DNA from: Epiperipatus broadwayi
Taxonomy: Eukaryota; Animalia; Onychophora
NCBI GenBank assembly: GCA_028023455.1
Contig: JAQFVV010000002.1
Span: 24,986,001-25,050,000, forward strand
Length of the DNA stretch: 64,000 nt
Reading direction: 5' to 3'
Position 1 is the first letter of the stretch. The number at the start of each line of letters is the position of its first letter. Both the position numbers and the translations under genes were made by a program. Of the stretch, positions 36,971 through 49,895 are shown piece after piece. The notes beneath the pieces are model-generated. The model worked only from the letters and a program-made list of their open reading frames with translations. It was not told the DNA's origin and did no database searches.

Positions 36971-38699
36971 TAATATACCACCATCACAAACCTTCCGACA
37001 AGCACAATATGATGTGCTTTTTTGAGCAGTCTTTATGTCAACATTTGTACCAAACATATAATATTGCACTAATTTGTTTATTTTTCATCTTATAGTCTTT
37101 ATGAACAGTATTACATCTGTATATAATGAATTCCAATTTTTCATTCCTTCATTATTTCCTGTACTGTTTTGATAAAATAATTTTAAAAATCTTATGAATT
37201 ACTTAGATTGCTGAGTTGAAAGAAGTTGCAATTAAATTTTCATTCAAGAATAGGCAAAATATAGATGAGTATCTTTTCAAATTTTTATTATGTATTTAAA
37301 AATAATATTTTTTTAATAAAATTTTATTTGATGAATTTTTATTATCTCTCAAGTTTTATATATACTGTGAAAAAGTGGAAGAACTTACGTGTAATCAAAG
37401 ATTATAGACTTTACACCCTGATCAAATGCAAAAAAAAAAATAAACAGATTTATTACATTTATAAATCTCACTTTTACTATCAAAAACCAAAATAAAATTT
37501 TTTTGTTTAATAATAGATCCTCTAAACCTCTTACATACAATAACAAAATTTAAATTCACAGGATCTGCTTTAGAAACATTATAATTTTTTGCTAATAATT
37601 CTTTTTTATTACTTTGTTTTCTTTTTATTAAATAAATATATATGTTCGGTTGCATTGAAAAGGTTTTTTGTTAATTTATGGTATCTGAATGTTTTTCAAT
37701 TTGCTTTTATATTTAAAAGTAATCAAAAAGATATTGCTTCTTATATTTTAAATTATTTCAGTTTTGAGTTGTTTTAAAATCTTTTGCAATGTAATTTTCA
37801 TTTATCTTTATAATTTGATTTTAATCAAATAACAATACTTTTCAGTTTTTCAAAGCTTTTAAGATTTTTCCCAAAAAATTATTTCTATTAAAATTTGTAA
37901 AAGAAAATGTGGTTTTAAAATAATGTTATTGAACTCTTACATTTTTTGCTTTTTAATTATTTATGGAAAACGTGCATGAAATGTCTTTTAATTTCTTTTG
38001 CATTGTTTTTTTTTTGTTGTTTTATTTTTAAGTTTTAAAGTTTAATTAGGCATTTGACACTTATTTTTCTAGAAAAAAAAAAGTCATTTTGAGAAGAATG
38101 GTAACATAATGTATTACAATATCCTGTTATTCAAGTTTCCTAATTCCTGCTGAAATAAGGGTGGCATAAAAATAAATAGCGTAAGCTTGTGGTTAAAACA
38201 CCTGTTACGTAATCAATGTGCGTTTAATAAATTTATAATTACAAATAGTATTTTTATACTTCTAATAAATAATATTGTAATGAAATTTAAAAAGTATGTC
38301 ACTGACAAAGAGTATTGCTAGTAGAAATGTTGCGAATAATTTTTATTTTGCCATAGAATAAAGTAAAATCTTTTAATTTTGTTAATTTTTAAGTCATTTT
38401 TGTAAAAATCTAAAATTTGAATAATTGATTAATAATTAAAATATCAGTTTGATACATTATTTTCAATTATATATAAAATAGACATTTTCCTTAAGGTGTA
38501 GAAATATATAGTGTGGTATGTAAATTGTATGTTAAATTTTTTCTTGAAGAGAGATTTAAATTTTGAAGGCAATTAATTAATTAATTATTATTTTATTGAT
38601 AAATTGTTTTACTTTCTTATCAGATTACATGTTAGTTTGTTTTTCCCAATTTTTTTAATATGTAGTGTTAAATTGATAACTTTGATCCTGATAAAAAGT

Positions 38700-40000
38700 T
38701 CTTGAGGTATATGAAAAAAAAGAGGATCTCACTGATTAGGATGCACTAACATCCATAAAAACTATACTAACAGCATCTAATGATTAATAGTTTTTCCCAA
38801 GCTGAACAGACATTATTATTTTCATAATTATTATATGCCATTAAGTCCATATAGACTCCTGATAATCTAACAGAAAGTAAAATCTCTGCAACTGTAGTTT
38901 CAAGATTCTTTCTGTACTAACTTTATCCATTTCAACTACATTACATGATTGCAAATAAACATATGCTTTTTTGGGGTCTTCTTTTATTTATTCTCTGTGT
39001 GATAGCAAAAGCTAAGATTATCATCTTTCATATGAAAAAAGAAATATGATTAAACAATTGTAACTTTATCTCCGCAACTTTTTTCGATAAAATTTTGTTT
39101 CCAGAAAATTCTCAATAACTTTCTGTAGAACTTTCATTTGCTAAGATTCATCTCTGTGCAGATTTTATTATCACTCATGTTTCATAAATGGATAATACAT
39201 TAATGTTTTCATGTCCAGTATATTTAATTTACTTTATAATTTGATGTCTTATTTTCCATTCCCTGCCATCTCTTAAGACATATTTACTGACTAATTTTAT
39301 TTGTGCCTTAGTTTGATTAATTCTGATTTTTTGTTGTAAAGATATGCCCCATCATGTTAGTCAGCAATATTTTTTAGTTTACACAATATATGATAAAACA
39401 GAATCAGTTCTCAACACTAGGATTATCGATAATAAACTTGAGAAATCATTGATTATTATTATACATATTACTAGAGTAGAGAACTGTCCTTTTTTTGTTA
39501 TTCTGCGATGAATTTTTTTTATTATTGGATCTTTGATGTTGATAAATGACATTGCTTCTATACTTTTATTATTGATTTTAAAATTAGTTGTTGATGATTA
39601 TGTTTTTTTTTTTCATATTAGTCATGTCATTTTTTTAACTTTTTTTTTTTTTTCTTAATGTGGGATTAGGTTTTTCGGTTTTCAAATTGTGTTGTCATTA
39701 GTATATCTAAGATTGATTTTTTTTTTTTACTAATTCTAAATCTATGCTTATCATTATCCATTCATTCTGGCCTCTCTTTTTATAATAAGAGTTGATTACT
39801 TTTTGTAGTCTGTTTTTATCTATAGCTTCTAATTTGTACAGGCCTTTGTTGTAAAAATAGTAGTTACATTTTTAAAGTTAAGGCTGTCAGTAATATTGGT
39901 ATATCTCATGATTATAAAAAGGTGAGCAGAGATAAAATGTCTTTAATATTCATCTTTTTAAGTAACTATTGCATTGCATAATTTTAGAAATATGTACATT
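38700..40000 (-). mobile_element. Old LINE RT C-terminal remnant (RTE/CR1-type)
   Basis: Minus-strand fragments KIRINQTKA..VLRD, YET*VI.K and a frameshifted (E)MKVLQK segment resemble the post-RT region of RTE-type LINEs; very degraded. Confidence 0.4.
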
Positions 40001-43000
40001 CAACCTTATTAACTTTATAATTAGTGTTTATAACTATTGTTTTATAAATGTTAAATTTTTTCTGACTATTATTATGGAAAGCTTGTAGATGTATTTAAGT
40101 ACTTAAAAGTATTTGTCGCTAATAAATTTGGGTGTTAAACATCAGAAATATGTGTTTGCCCATGTTCCATTTGGTCCCAAAATTTAGCTTGATAGTTTTA
40201 AATTTTATATTGTATTATTCAAATGTTTTTTTTTTTTTTGGGGGGGGGGGGTTGTAAATATTTTTTTGTATAAATGTTTTATAGTTCATGTCCGAAAAAG
40301 AAAATTTTTTATTTCTTTTAAATCATAATTAGAAATTGAATCTATTAAAGAACTTTTGAGATTTTATTTAATAAAATTTATTTATTTTTATCTAGAAGCA
40401 TTTCTTTTTTCTTTCTTGTCATTCTAATCTTTATTTTATACTAGCAAAACTTTAGGATCAAAGATTGCAAGGCTACACTTTGATGGACTCATAACTGATA
40501 GAATAACATATAAATGTATTAATATATTTCTCTGTTTAAAGGAATCATCTTAAAAATACATTTTTATTGGGAAGTAATATTCATAGGTTTGAATTAGCAA
40601 ACCTTTATTCAATTAAGATTCCCATTTACAGTAGAAGCCTTGGCCAGCATCCACCTTGATGATATTTTTCTGTTATTGTACTAATCTTTAAACTTAATAT
40701 AAAAGTAGAACTTTTTTTTCCAGAATTTTTGTTAATTTTTTTATTAAAAACAAAAAAGGCTTTATAATTTTTTTTAATAATATTTTTATTTTCAGTCAAA
40801 ATAATATATTAACTGTTATTTGTTGTAATTATAGAAAAAACATCTTTTGGGGAAAAAAAAACAACAATTTGTATATTTTTTAGTTAATCTTAATATTTTT
40901 TTTTTTTAATGCAGTGCAGCATATAATTTTTTTTTTAATTATAGTTTAATATTTACTTTTTATGCTTCCTTTATATGGATGTGATAATTATAAAATATTT
41001 TAATTTATTAATAATTAATTCTTTTTTTATAGGTGAAACTGATTTTGAAGGGGAGGGAAAAAATTTTTGAATATAGAACAAAAATGCCATACAATAATTA
41101 ATGTCAGATATGTGTTAGAAATTTGAAAATAAATAAAATTAATACGTTTATTACATGTACATGCAATATTACATATATATAGTATTGATTTTTAGAAATG
41201 TAATGTGAATTGTCTATTTCTTTGAATAAATTTTCAGAAAATTAATGTAAATGTTTAATTAATAATAATGTTACGAAATTAAAAGATAAAAATGACAATT
41301 TTTTATTTACATGCATACATATTTACAATATATTAGTAAGTTGCCTTTAAGTCAGCTTCAGCTATTTCAGAACCGTAGAGATGGCATTTCTTCATAATGA
41401 TCTGCATTCTGTTTCATCTTCAGGCTTATTGCAATAATGACCAAATCCTTTCATCTCATTGCTAGTTATCCCTTTTTTGTTTTTCTCAGTTATTGTATTT
41501 CCAAAACTTTGCCACTTGCTGCAGTTCAAACTTTTCAGTATTATTTAACTGTATTGCTCTGTTGTTATATTTATTTTAATAAATCATAGCCATCACAATC
41601 TTTTTATTTCTGAATTGAATTCTTTTCTCTAAAAATTTTTTATCCTAGCTTTTTTTCATTATTATTTATTTGCTTTAGAGATTTTTTATGGTTGATAATT
41701 GACTAAAGAAAACAGATAACTGTTTCCAGATTTATGACATATCAACTCTAAATTTATCTACTTTTCTAATAAACTTTGTTGTTTTTTTTCAATTTACTTT
41801 CACTTTTACATTTTTATTCTTTTTAATTTAAATCTAAGTTGTGTTTTATGGTATCTAAATTCACAATGGTGTTATTCCATTTTTTTTAGTCTATTGAATA
41901 TTTTGTTTAAAAATATGTGTTACCATAATTTGAACCGTATCATAATTTTTTTTTTTTTATCATAATTTAAAAGTTATCATTTGTTTCGGAAAATTCCTTT
42001 TTACAGCAGTTATCATCAGAATTAAACTGCTTATTATTTTTCCTTCTCCTTTATTAATTCATTTACATATTTTTTTTACTGACTTATTTCTATATAGCTG
42101 CTATAAAAAATATAAGTAAATAAAAAGAAAAAACTCAAGAAGCTTGAGTATCAAGTGTTTGCATAATTTTATTCAAATATTTACGTGAAATTATATCTAT
42201 TGATAACCTCATATTATTCTGCTCTACATTTTATATGACTTCATAATGGCGGCTGGTTATTTCTCAGCCATCTTACTTTGAGATATGAGAGATAAATAGT
42301 ATGTGAAACTCAAGTTTTAATATTTTGATTGAAATCAGCAGTTATCATTAGTGAGAATATATTACTTTTTTTTAGAACCAAAAAAGCGTCATACTAAAAA
42401 TCACATTTTATAATAAAACATTGAAATATAAATTCAGTCCTGTATAAATTACCATCACATGATGAACTTATTAGCATACTTACAATAATATTTTGTGACA
42501 TTGATATTCTATACAATATCTTTAGGTCTTTAAAATCTATATATTTTCTGTGATTTGCTACATCATCTTTTATATGAAGAAAGGGAACAATAATTAAAGA
42601 ATATATGAAAATTTAAAAAAAAAACACTGAATTTGTAACAATAATCTGTTTCTGAAGGTTCTATCAATATCTTGTATTCATAAAATAATAACTTTATGAG
42701 AAATGATTGAAAAAATTAAGAACTTTGGAAATTATTAACAAAGGTTGAATTGCAAAGACATTTAGATTTATCGTAATTCATTGCCGGAAACAGAGTACTT
42801 TATTATTATTTTTTCACTGCCAGATTTGTATTTGATGATTCTCTAATTTATCAGATTCAACTTTTCAGATTGATTTTTGATATTATCTTTGAAAGTTGTT
42901 TGTTTTTAAATTATATCTTGGATGCTGAATACATTTGTATTCTTGGATTTAGGGTATGCTTTTTTATTATTATTAAATTTGAATTGGAAAAGTAAAATAA

Positions 43001-44960
43001 TCTGTTTTAATTTTATGAAATTTTTTTCTAATGCGAATAATATAAAAATATGCCAAATTTATTGTTTGAAGATGTTATTTTTAATATAAAAAAAGTTATA
43101 TAGTGTGAATAAATTAATTAGCAATTTGGTACATTTCAGATACCAGTCAATGTTTTTTGTCTATTTTTTTCCTATCCATTTTCTTCTTTTACATCTAATC
43201 TTTGAAGCGTGACGTTTCATTCTGAACTTGATTTAGTAGTCTTTCTGTTTATCATTGATCAGAAAAAATAATGACAGCATAGCATTTGCTGATTGGAAAA
43301 TCCCATTTTATTTTAATTTTTTTAATTACTAATATGTGCATATATGATATAGTTTTTTTCCCTCTTGATTCTCTCTTTTATTCATGCTTTTTATATTATA
43401 TGTGGAAAATTAGGGTTTTTCAGACTATATAGTTCATACCAATAACTAAAGGAAAAAAATAATAAGAAATAAAATATACATATTTCTAATGCTTAAAAAT
43501 TATTTTGAAAAGAAAGTCTGCAGCATTCAGTATTATAATAAATGAAAATATAGAAATTATATTTATCGATCATATCAAAACAGAATGAAATAAGAAAGTA
43601 ATTGATAGCAATTATTTACATTTTTTGCAAAGCAAACCTGTTTTTATTTATGTTATGCAAAATAACATATATTCTATATTGGTTTGGTTGTTAAATATAT
43701 TGTTTCTATCTTTTTAAATGTTAGAGGTATTGCTATGACTTATTTTTAAAATAGATTGTTTTCAAACATTAGAAATACATACATTTTATTTATCAATTAG
43801 TATCTTTTTTGTTTTTTATCTCCCATTAAATTCAGATGTGCTAGCAATGAGATGTTTATATGGCTTTGATTCATTTGTATTTAAAACACGTGTTTTTAAA
43901 TTTAAATTTTCCATTTTTTTTTCCCAATTACATATTAATTTCCATCTATCATTTACGAAATAATTTACCAAAACAATTTGGATTTGTCTTTGTGATATCT
44001 TACTGTATTTCAGTTATTAACATTAGCTTACATAGATATTATAAAAGATAGAAGCTAAAAATTTTAAACTCTCCTTAAATAAATTTATTAAAATATAATG
44101 CTTGATTAATGGATGAAAATATTATACCTAATGATAACAATTCTTAAAAATCTTCATATTTAGAAGTTTTTGAACTATCAAGCAATATATATTTGTGTTT
44201 TAATAATTATATATGTGTCTTATAGATCTATTTTAATTTCTACTTTGATTTCTCTGGTGGATTTTGAAATAATTAATTAAATGCTTTTTTTTTTTTTTTT
44301 TATTCCTGACAGCTAGTAATAAGGTACCAGGAATGAATGACAAGAAAAATTAGTACCTGCAGTACACTTTAATATATATGTATATGTTATTTTAGATTTA
44401 TCAGAAATTAAAAATAAATTATGATTATAATAATTTTTTATTTTTAAATTTTATATAATTGTAATGAATAAGCAATTAAGACAAACATTTAAAATGTTCT
44501 AGACTTAAATATTTATCATTTTCTAAATGTATTATCACTAACTTAATCAAAAATTGTTCTAAATATGTTTCCCGTACATTTGTTTTGTTATGTTTTTTTG
44601 TTTAATAAGTGGTGCTGCTATTAGAAAATGAAAATTTATTTGATTTTATTTTAAATAATTTAATAATAGTATATTTTGATTAGCATGCTTTTATAGTGTT
44701 GACTGCAAAAATTTTGGGCATAAATTTGAAGCAGAATAAATTTTAATTTTCTTCAAAAATAAACATTTTGATCATTTTATTGTTCAAAAAACTTTTTATT
44801 CTAAAATTAAATTCAAATAACTGCTTTAGTTAACTATATTGTCTTAAAATTTATGTTCATTATATATATATAATTATTTAATTTTATTATTTTTTAAATT
44901 GTCCAAAAAATGAAAGTTGAACTTAATCTTTTCTTTTTTCTATTTTATTACTATTTTCAG

Positions 44961-45113
44961 ATCTCCATCTCCTGAACCTATATATAATAATGAAGGAAAA
45001 AGGTTGAATACTCGTGAATATCGCACTCGTAAAAAATTAGAAGATGAACGACATGTTCTTATTACACAGATGTTTGAAGTCAATCCAGATTTCAAACCAC
45101 CTGCAGATTATAA
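44961..45113 (+). CDS. SF1: SF1 coding exon 5: (R)[50 protein letters not shown](K)
   Basis: RSPSP phosphorylation motif and helical region of SF1; TTTTCAG acceptor, GTAAGT donor, phase 2-2; contained in ORF 44917..45117. Confidence 0.97.
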
Positions 45114-45744
45114 GTAAGTTACTTAGTATTAGCTTGTATGAAAAGCACATTGAACTTTATATATATATATAGACACACACATCTGGCTTCAACTCCCTCT
45201 CCTTCCTTTACACATACACATTTTTTTATGTGTGTGCAGCATAATCAGAAATATGACTTCAGAAATAACTTCCAAAAATTTAATTTTTTATTTTTGAAGT
45301 TAATTTGTTTTAGTTTTGATAATTCAATTACTAGTAATAACTGGTATTTCAAATGAAAATTTTATCCATACTCCAAATCTAATTCAGCATTTTATGTAAG
45401 AAAGTATTGCTGCAGCACAGTTAACATTACAATGCTATACAATGAATGGTTGTCTTTAATCTTATAGTTAAGGCTGGAAATCATATATAAAAAAATTTTG
45501 TGTGTAATTCTAGGAATCTGAATAATAAAATTTTGTTGTCACTGCTTACCACCTCCCAGGGTCAAAATAATTATTGGGAACTTTAGAAAAATTATAAGTA
45601 CACAGTTGATTATTTTTATATTTATTTTCATAAATTTTTATCAATGTCTCATTGCATTAAGGTATTTTGAGTCTTTTGATGAAAATAAAGACTTCAAATT
45701 TTCTCAAAGCAAATGTCACTAAAAGATTCGGTACTTATTTTTTA

Positions 45745-46805
45745 GACCATACAAGTCGCCTGATGGCGCTTTTTATATGCCAAAACACATAAAAATGCCA
45801 TTTACACAGCCAAACTTACGGCCCTAGAACAGTTCTATTCATATTAGCCGTTAGCAGGCCTAGATGTCATTGCACATCAATCTTATGGCCCGTTGATGTG
45901 CTTTGTGAAACTCTGCAAATGTGCACACTTCACAGATCACTACCGTATCATGTGAGGGTGTCTAGAAATCAACTGGCCATAACTCTTGAAATGTACATGC
46001 AAAGTAATGATCTTACACCCTACCTGACGTAGTATTACATAGTAATAATTTTAAACGCGTTGCCTTGCTTCCATACACAACTTTCAAGGTTTTTAACAAT
46101 TGGAAAATTGTAAGGACAAGCACCATTGCAGAGAACTCACATGAAAACTCAGCTTTGCACAAGAACACGAGATAAATCAAATGGCTGAGGTTGCATTGCT
46201 ACTGCATCTTCTTCGGATTGTCAAAAACATCGGTCCCGTCCCCTTGCATATTCCATCGCTACGCGCTGACACATGCCCCTTTCCTGACTCTGAAATTGCA
46301 CAATAAAAAAAAAAAAAATCTGGCACAGTAAAATTATTAAAATAATAGCATGTTTTTAAAGGCAAAAAAGAACTTGTTCGTTTCCAATAATAAATAAGTA
46401 GATAAATTCATTTATACTTTGTTTTCAATCCGAAAGAAGTACAGAAATTAATTTATACATGTATTTATTTATTTTTTTTTAATTAATCTCAAAATAATAC
46501 CTGAAATCGGACAAAAAAGTTCGACACGGTAACGTTATTAAAATAAAAGCATGTTTTTAAAAGCAAAAACCAAAAAGAACTTGTTCGTTTCCAATAAAAA
46601 ATGAGTGGCTAAATTAATGTAGAATTTTTTTTATATATAAATATAATACCAGACATCGGACAATAAAGAAATGGGACAATAATTAATGTAGACTTTTTTT
46701 GTGTGAGTGATACAATAAATCGGACAATAAAGAAAGGCTGGCCAGGTAACATTATATTTATGTGTATTAAAGATTGTAAAGTGCCATCACGTGTCTTGTA
46801 TGGTC
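45745..46805. mobile_element. TA-flanked TIR element (~1.06 kb), superfamily unclear
   Basis: 28-bp terminal inverted repeats GACCATACAAGTCGCCTGATGGCGCTTT and reverse-complement GACCATACAAGACACGTGATGGCACTTT (24/28); TA at 45743-44 and 46806-07; internal subterminal direct repeats (AAGAACTTGTTCGTTTCCAATAA, ATCGGACAA). Confidence 0.8.
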
Positions 46806-48499
46806 TAAGAAATGAGTACCAAAGATTCTTTTGTCATTGAAACTTCTCAATGCTGTAATTTTTGTATATTCTATTATTTGTGAAAATACACTGAAACAGT
46901 TTATCCAAATTTAAGGATAGTAAGCAGGGGGAAACTATGACTGGATGAACAAATGTAATTATTTGATCATAATTCTCTTATATAGTTATTATAGTTGTAT
47001 TTGGGTAGAACTACTAAAAGTACTAGAAAATTTATTTTGTAGACACTTGATTTTGTCTTATTGCCAACTAAATGTTTTATTTAGATATAAATTTAAGACC
47101 ATCAGATTCATAGTTGAAATAATCAGTAAAAAACTTTCTGCTGAAAATAGATATTTATGCTTTGAACATTGTTAATTTTTAGTTGATGTGAAATTTTTAT
47201 TATTCATTTAGTCAAAATATTTTCTAGAAATTGAAATTATTTTGTTAAAAAGATGACTAACTTGATTTTTTTTTTTTTTTTTAAATTGCTGGGAAATAAT
47301 TTTAATATTAAAATCCAGAATCATATTTTAGCAACTAACTACTAAATTTTTTATAAGAGGGTATTTGCAGCAAATATTTAGTTCTGATAGGTAAGGACAT
47401 TGTTCGGGCATATAACACTGAGTTTGAATCAATTTTGAAAAGCCTGTTCTCTAGAGATAGTTTCAGTAACAAAGTAGTGAAATTTTTTTAATAAATACAA
47501 TATGAAAATTTAAACTTCAAGTAAATTTATATAAAATATGCTTTAGAAATTATCCATTGAGATATTCTAATCGTTTTTTGCTAGTTTTCTGAAATTATTT
47601 GTTCATTTTTATGATCAAATAAAATTAAGAAATTGAAGATAGAAATATTCTTAAAAATGTTACGCTTAACAAGAAAAGAAAATGTAACCATTGCCTGGCG
47701 AGCCAATTCAGAACTGATGATTAGATTTCACAATTATATATAATGTAAAAATCTTCGAAAGATTACACTGAAGTAAATAATTTTATTAGGGATAGTCAAG
47801 AGTTATAAATGGATAAAAGTGTGTTGTAAAATTGTGAAAGTCATGATTAAATAAAAACTTACAAATAAGTAATGATTTTGAAACCACTGAAGAATAATAA
47901 AATTATAAAAAATTGTATACATTCAGCTGTAAAAGATGCATTGGTTGTATTAAAAAAAATTAATAATTTTAGGGGGAAAATCATATTAATGGTGCAGTAA
48001 GATGGGAAAAGAATAGTTTTATCATAAATATTTACATATTAAACAAATGAAGATAAGATTAAGTACAAAAAAAAAAAAAATCATACAGAAGCTGGGGGGA
48101 AAAAAGGGGAAAAGAATTATTAAAAGATTGATTCATGTTTAAGCAGAAAGAGAAGCAAAGAAAGTAAGGGAAAGTGTAATATTGTCAATTACAATAAAAT
48201 AAATATTAATCTTCCTTTTTATATAAATTCTCAACTCCAGTTCCATATTTTTATTAAAAATTCAAATGTCTTTCAAATATAATCTATTTTAGGCATATAT
48301 TTAATTTTTACATTGTTTTATATTCAAAAACTGTCACATTTATACATTGGACTTTTTAGCTTTGAAAAGTGATAATGTTAAAAAAAAATCAGTAGGATTA
48401 ATCATAAAATAAATAATACTAACTAATTCTTGCAAATCTCTATCTGTCCCAAAGCTTTTAATACTTCAATTGGAATGTTATTAGTTGTTTGAGTTTTTT

Positions 48500-49300
48500 C
48501 CAATCTTTATTCTCCTGTTAATCTTTTCTCTTAACATATGAGGGTTTATTATTTTTGGCATATAAATAATTTACATGCTTTTCCTTTTTCATTTCACCTG
48601 TCTTCTCTACTAATAACTTATCGTACCTTGTTTCTCAATTATTTAATTCTTGAAACTATACTTTTTTCCTCCAAATTATTATGTTATAATTTATGTTGTT
48701 GTTATTTTTTATATTCCTTTTTAACCTCACTTATCTATTTTTATCTGTTATATATCAATTCATTATTAGGCTTTTTTGATACACTTCTAGCTAAGGATAA
48801 ATGATGCCTAAAATTAGAATGGAACCTGAGAATCACTAAAATATGCACTTACTGAATTAATGATCGCAGGCCGACATGAATTCAAAATTTAAGATTTTTC
48901 TGAATTTCAGGTTATTAGCTTAAGAGTTGAAATAGGAATTAGAATTGCCTGCCAGATGCTTAACTGTACCGATTTTAGCTTTAAGTCCCAAGTCCTCATT
49001 GATAAAGGCAAAAGCCAGAAATATGCCTGGAGACTATAATAAAATTGCACTACCATTTGGTAACTTCTGATTACTCAATCTTATAGTAGGCAATGCTAGT
49101 ATAGAAAACTGCTCTTGTTTATAATACTACAGTAAACTGAAAGCATTAAGTTATTGTGTTGGTACTTGCTCGATGATAGTTCAGGATTTGTAACAAACTT
49201 GGAGGAGTGTGTCACAAATCTGAAAATTTTGATTGATTACATACGTTTATCATACATATTGGTCAATTTGTTCATTTTTTTTTTTAACTATTTTATTAAT
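48500..49300 (-). mobile_element. Possible CR1/L2-type RT remnant
   Basis: Minus-strand FLAFAFINEDL, *ANNLKFRKI and FSKC loosely echo LFLIFINDL, FADD.KLFR and SKC in the right order; weak. Confidence 0.3.
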
Positions 49301-49794
49301 ATTTCATTATTATCACAAAATTTTTGTTTTTTGCTGTTTATAATTGTTGCTTCCTTCCAATTTTTTTCCCCATTTGGAGTATCATGTATTTACAATTATT
49401 TATACTCATTTTCTTGTCCATTTGATGGTCTATTTTTTTATTGGCTTAAAATTTTTTTATCATTTTAAAATTTAGCTTTATTTCTGTTGCAGCTCACAAA
49501 ATATGTACATGTATTTTCTAAATCTTTTCTGAATTGATGATATTCTATTTGAAATCCAATCTATCACATGGTTTATTCGTATGTATAAATCCTTGACTTG
49601 TGATTCTAATTTAATTATTTTTTACAAAAACTTAAATTTTTAAAACTGCAGCAATTATGGGAAATGATATTGATTTTATATAATAGGTTTTTCAATCCTC
49701 ACTATTTTATAATGCATGTGATAGCAATACTAATACTCTGATGGTGTAATTTAGATTTGTTCTGTTATCTAGAGGTACTGCAGAAGAAATATAA

Positions 49795-49895
49795 ATACAT
49801 TAGTTTTTACTGAATTTGAATATTTAAAAATCCATATGATTCCATACATTAGTTTTTACTGAATTTGAATATTTAAAAATCCATATGATTCCATA
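49795..49895. repeat. Perfect tandem duplication of a 49-bp unit
   Basis: ATACATTAGTTTTTACTGAATTTGAATATTTAAAAATCCATATGATTCC occurs twice. Confidence 0.95.

Noticed and set aside
37265-37777. Short F/I/L/K/N/Y-rich ORFs here and elsewhere (for example 43860, 46945, 48538, 57351)
   Set aside because: Compositional artefacts of AT-rich intron sequence, with no motifs or splice support.
47710-47775. TGATGA...CTGA pair suggesting a C/D-box snoRNA (also 54395-54430)
   Set aside because: No convincing terminal stem, C'/D' boxes or guide; such motifs are expected by chance here.
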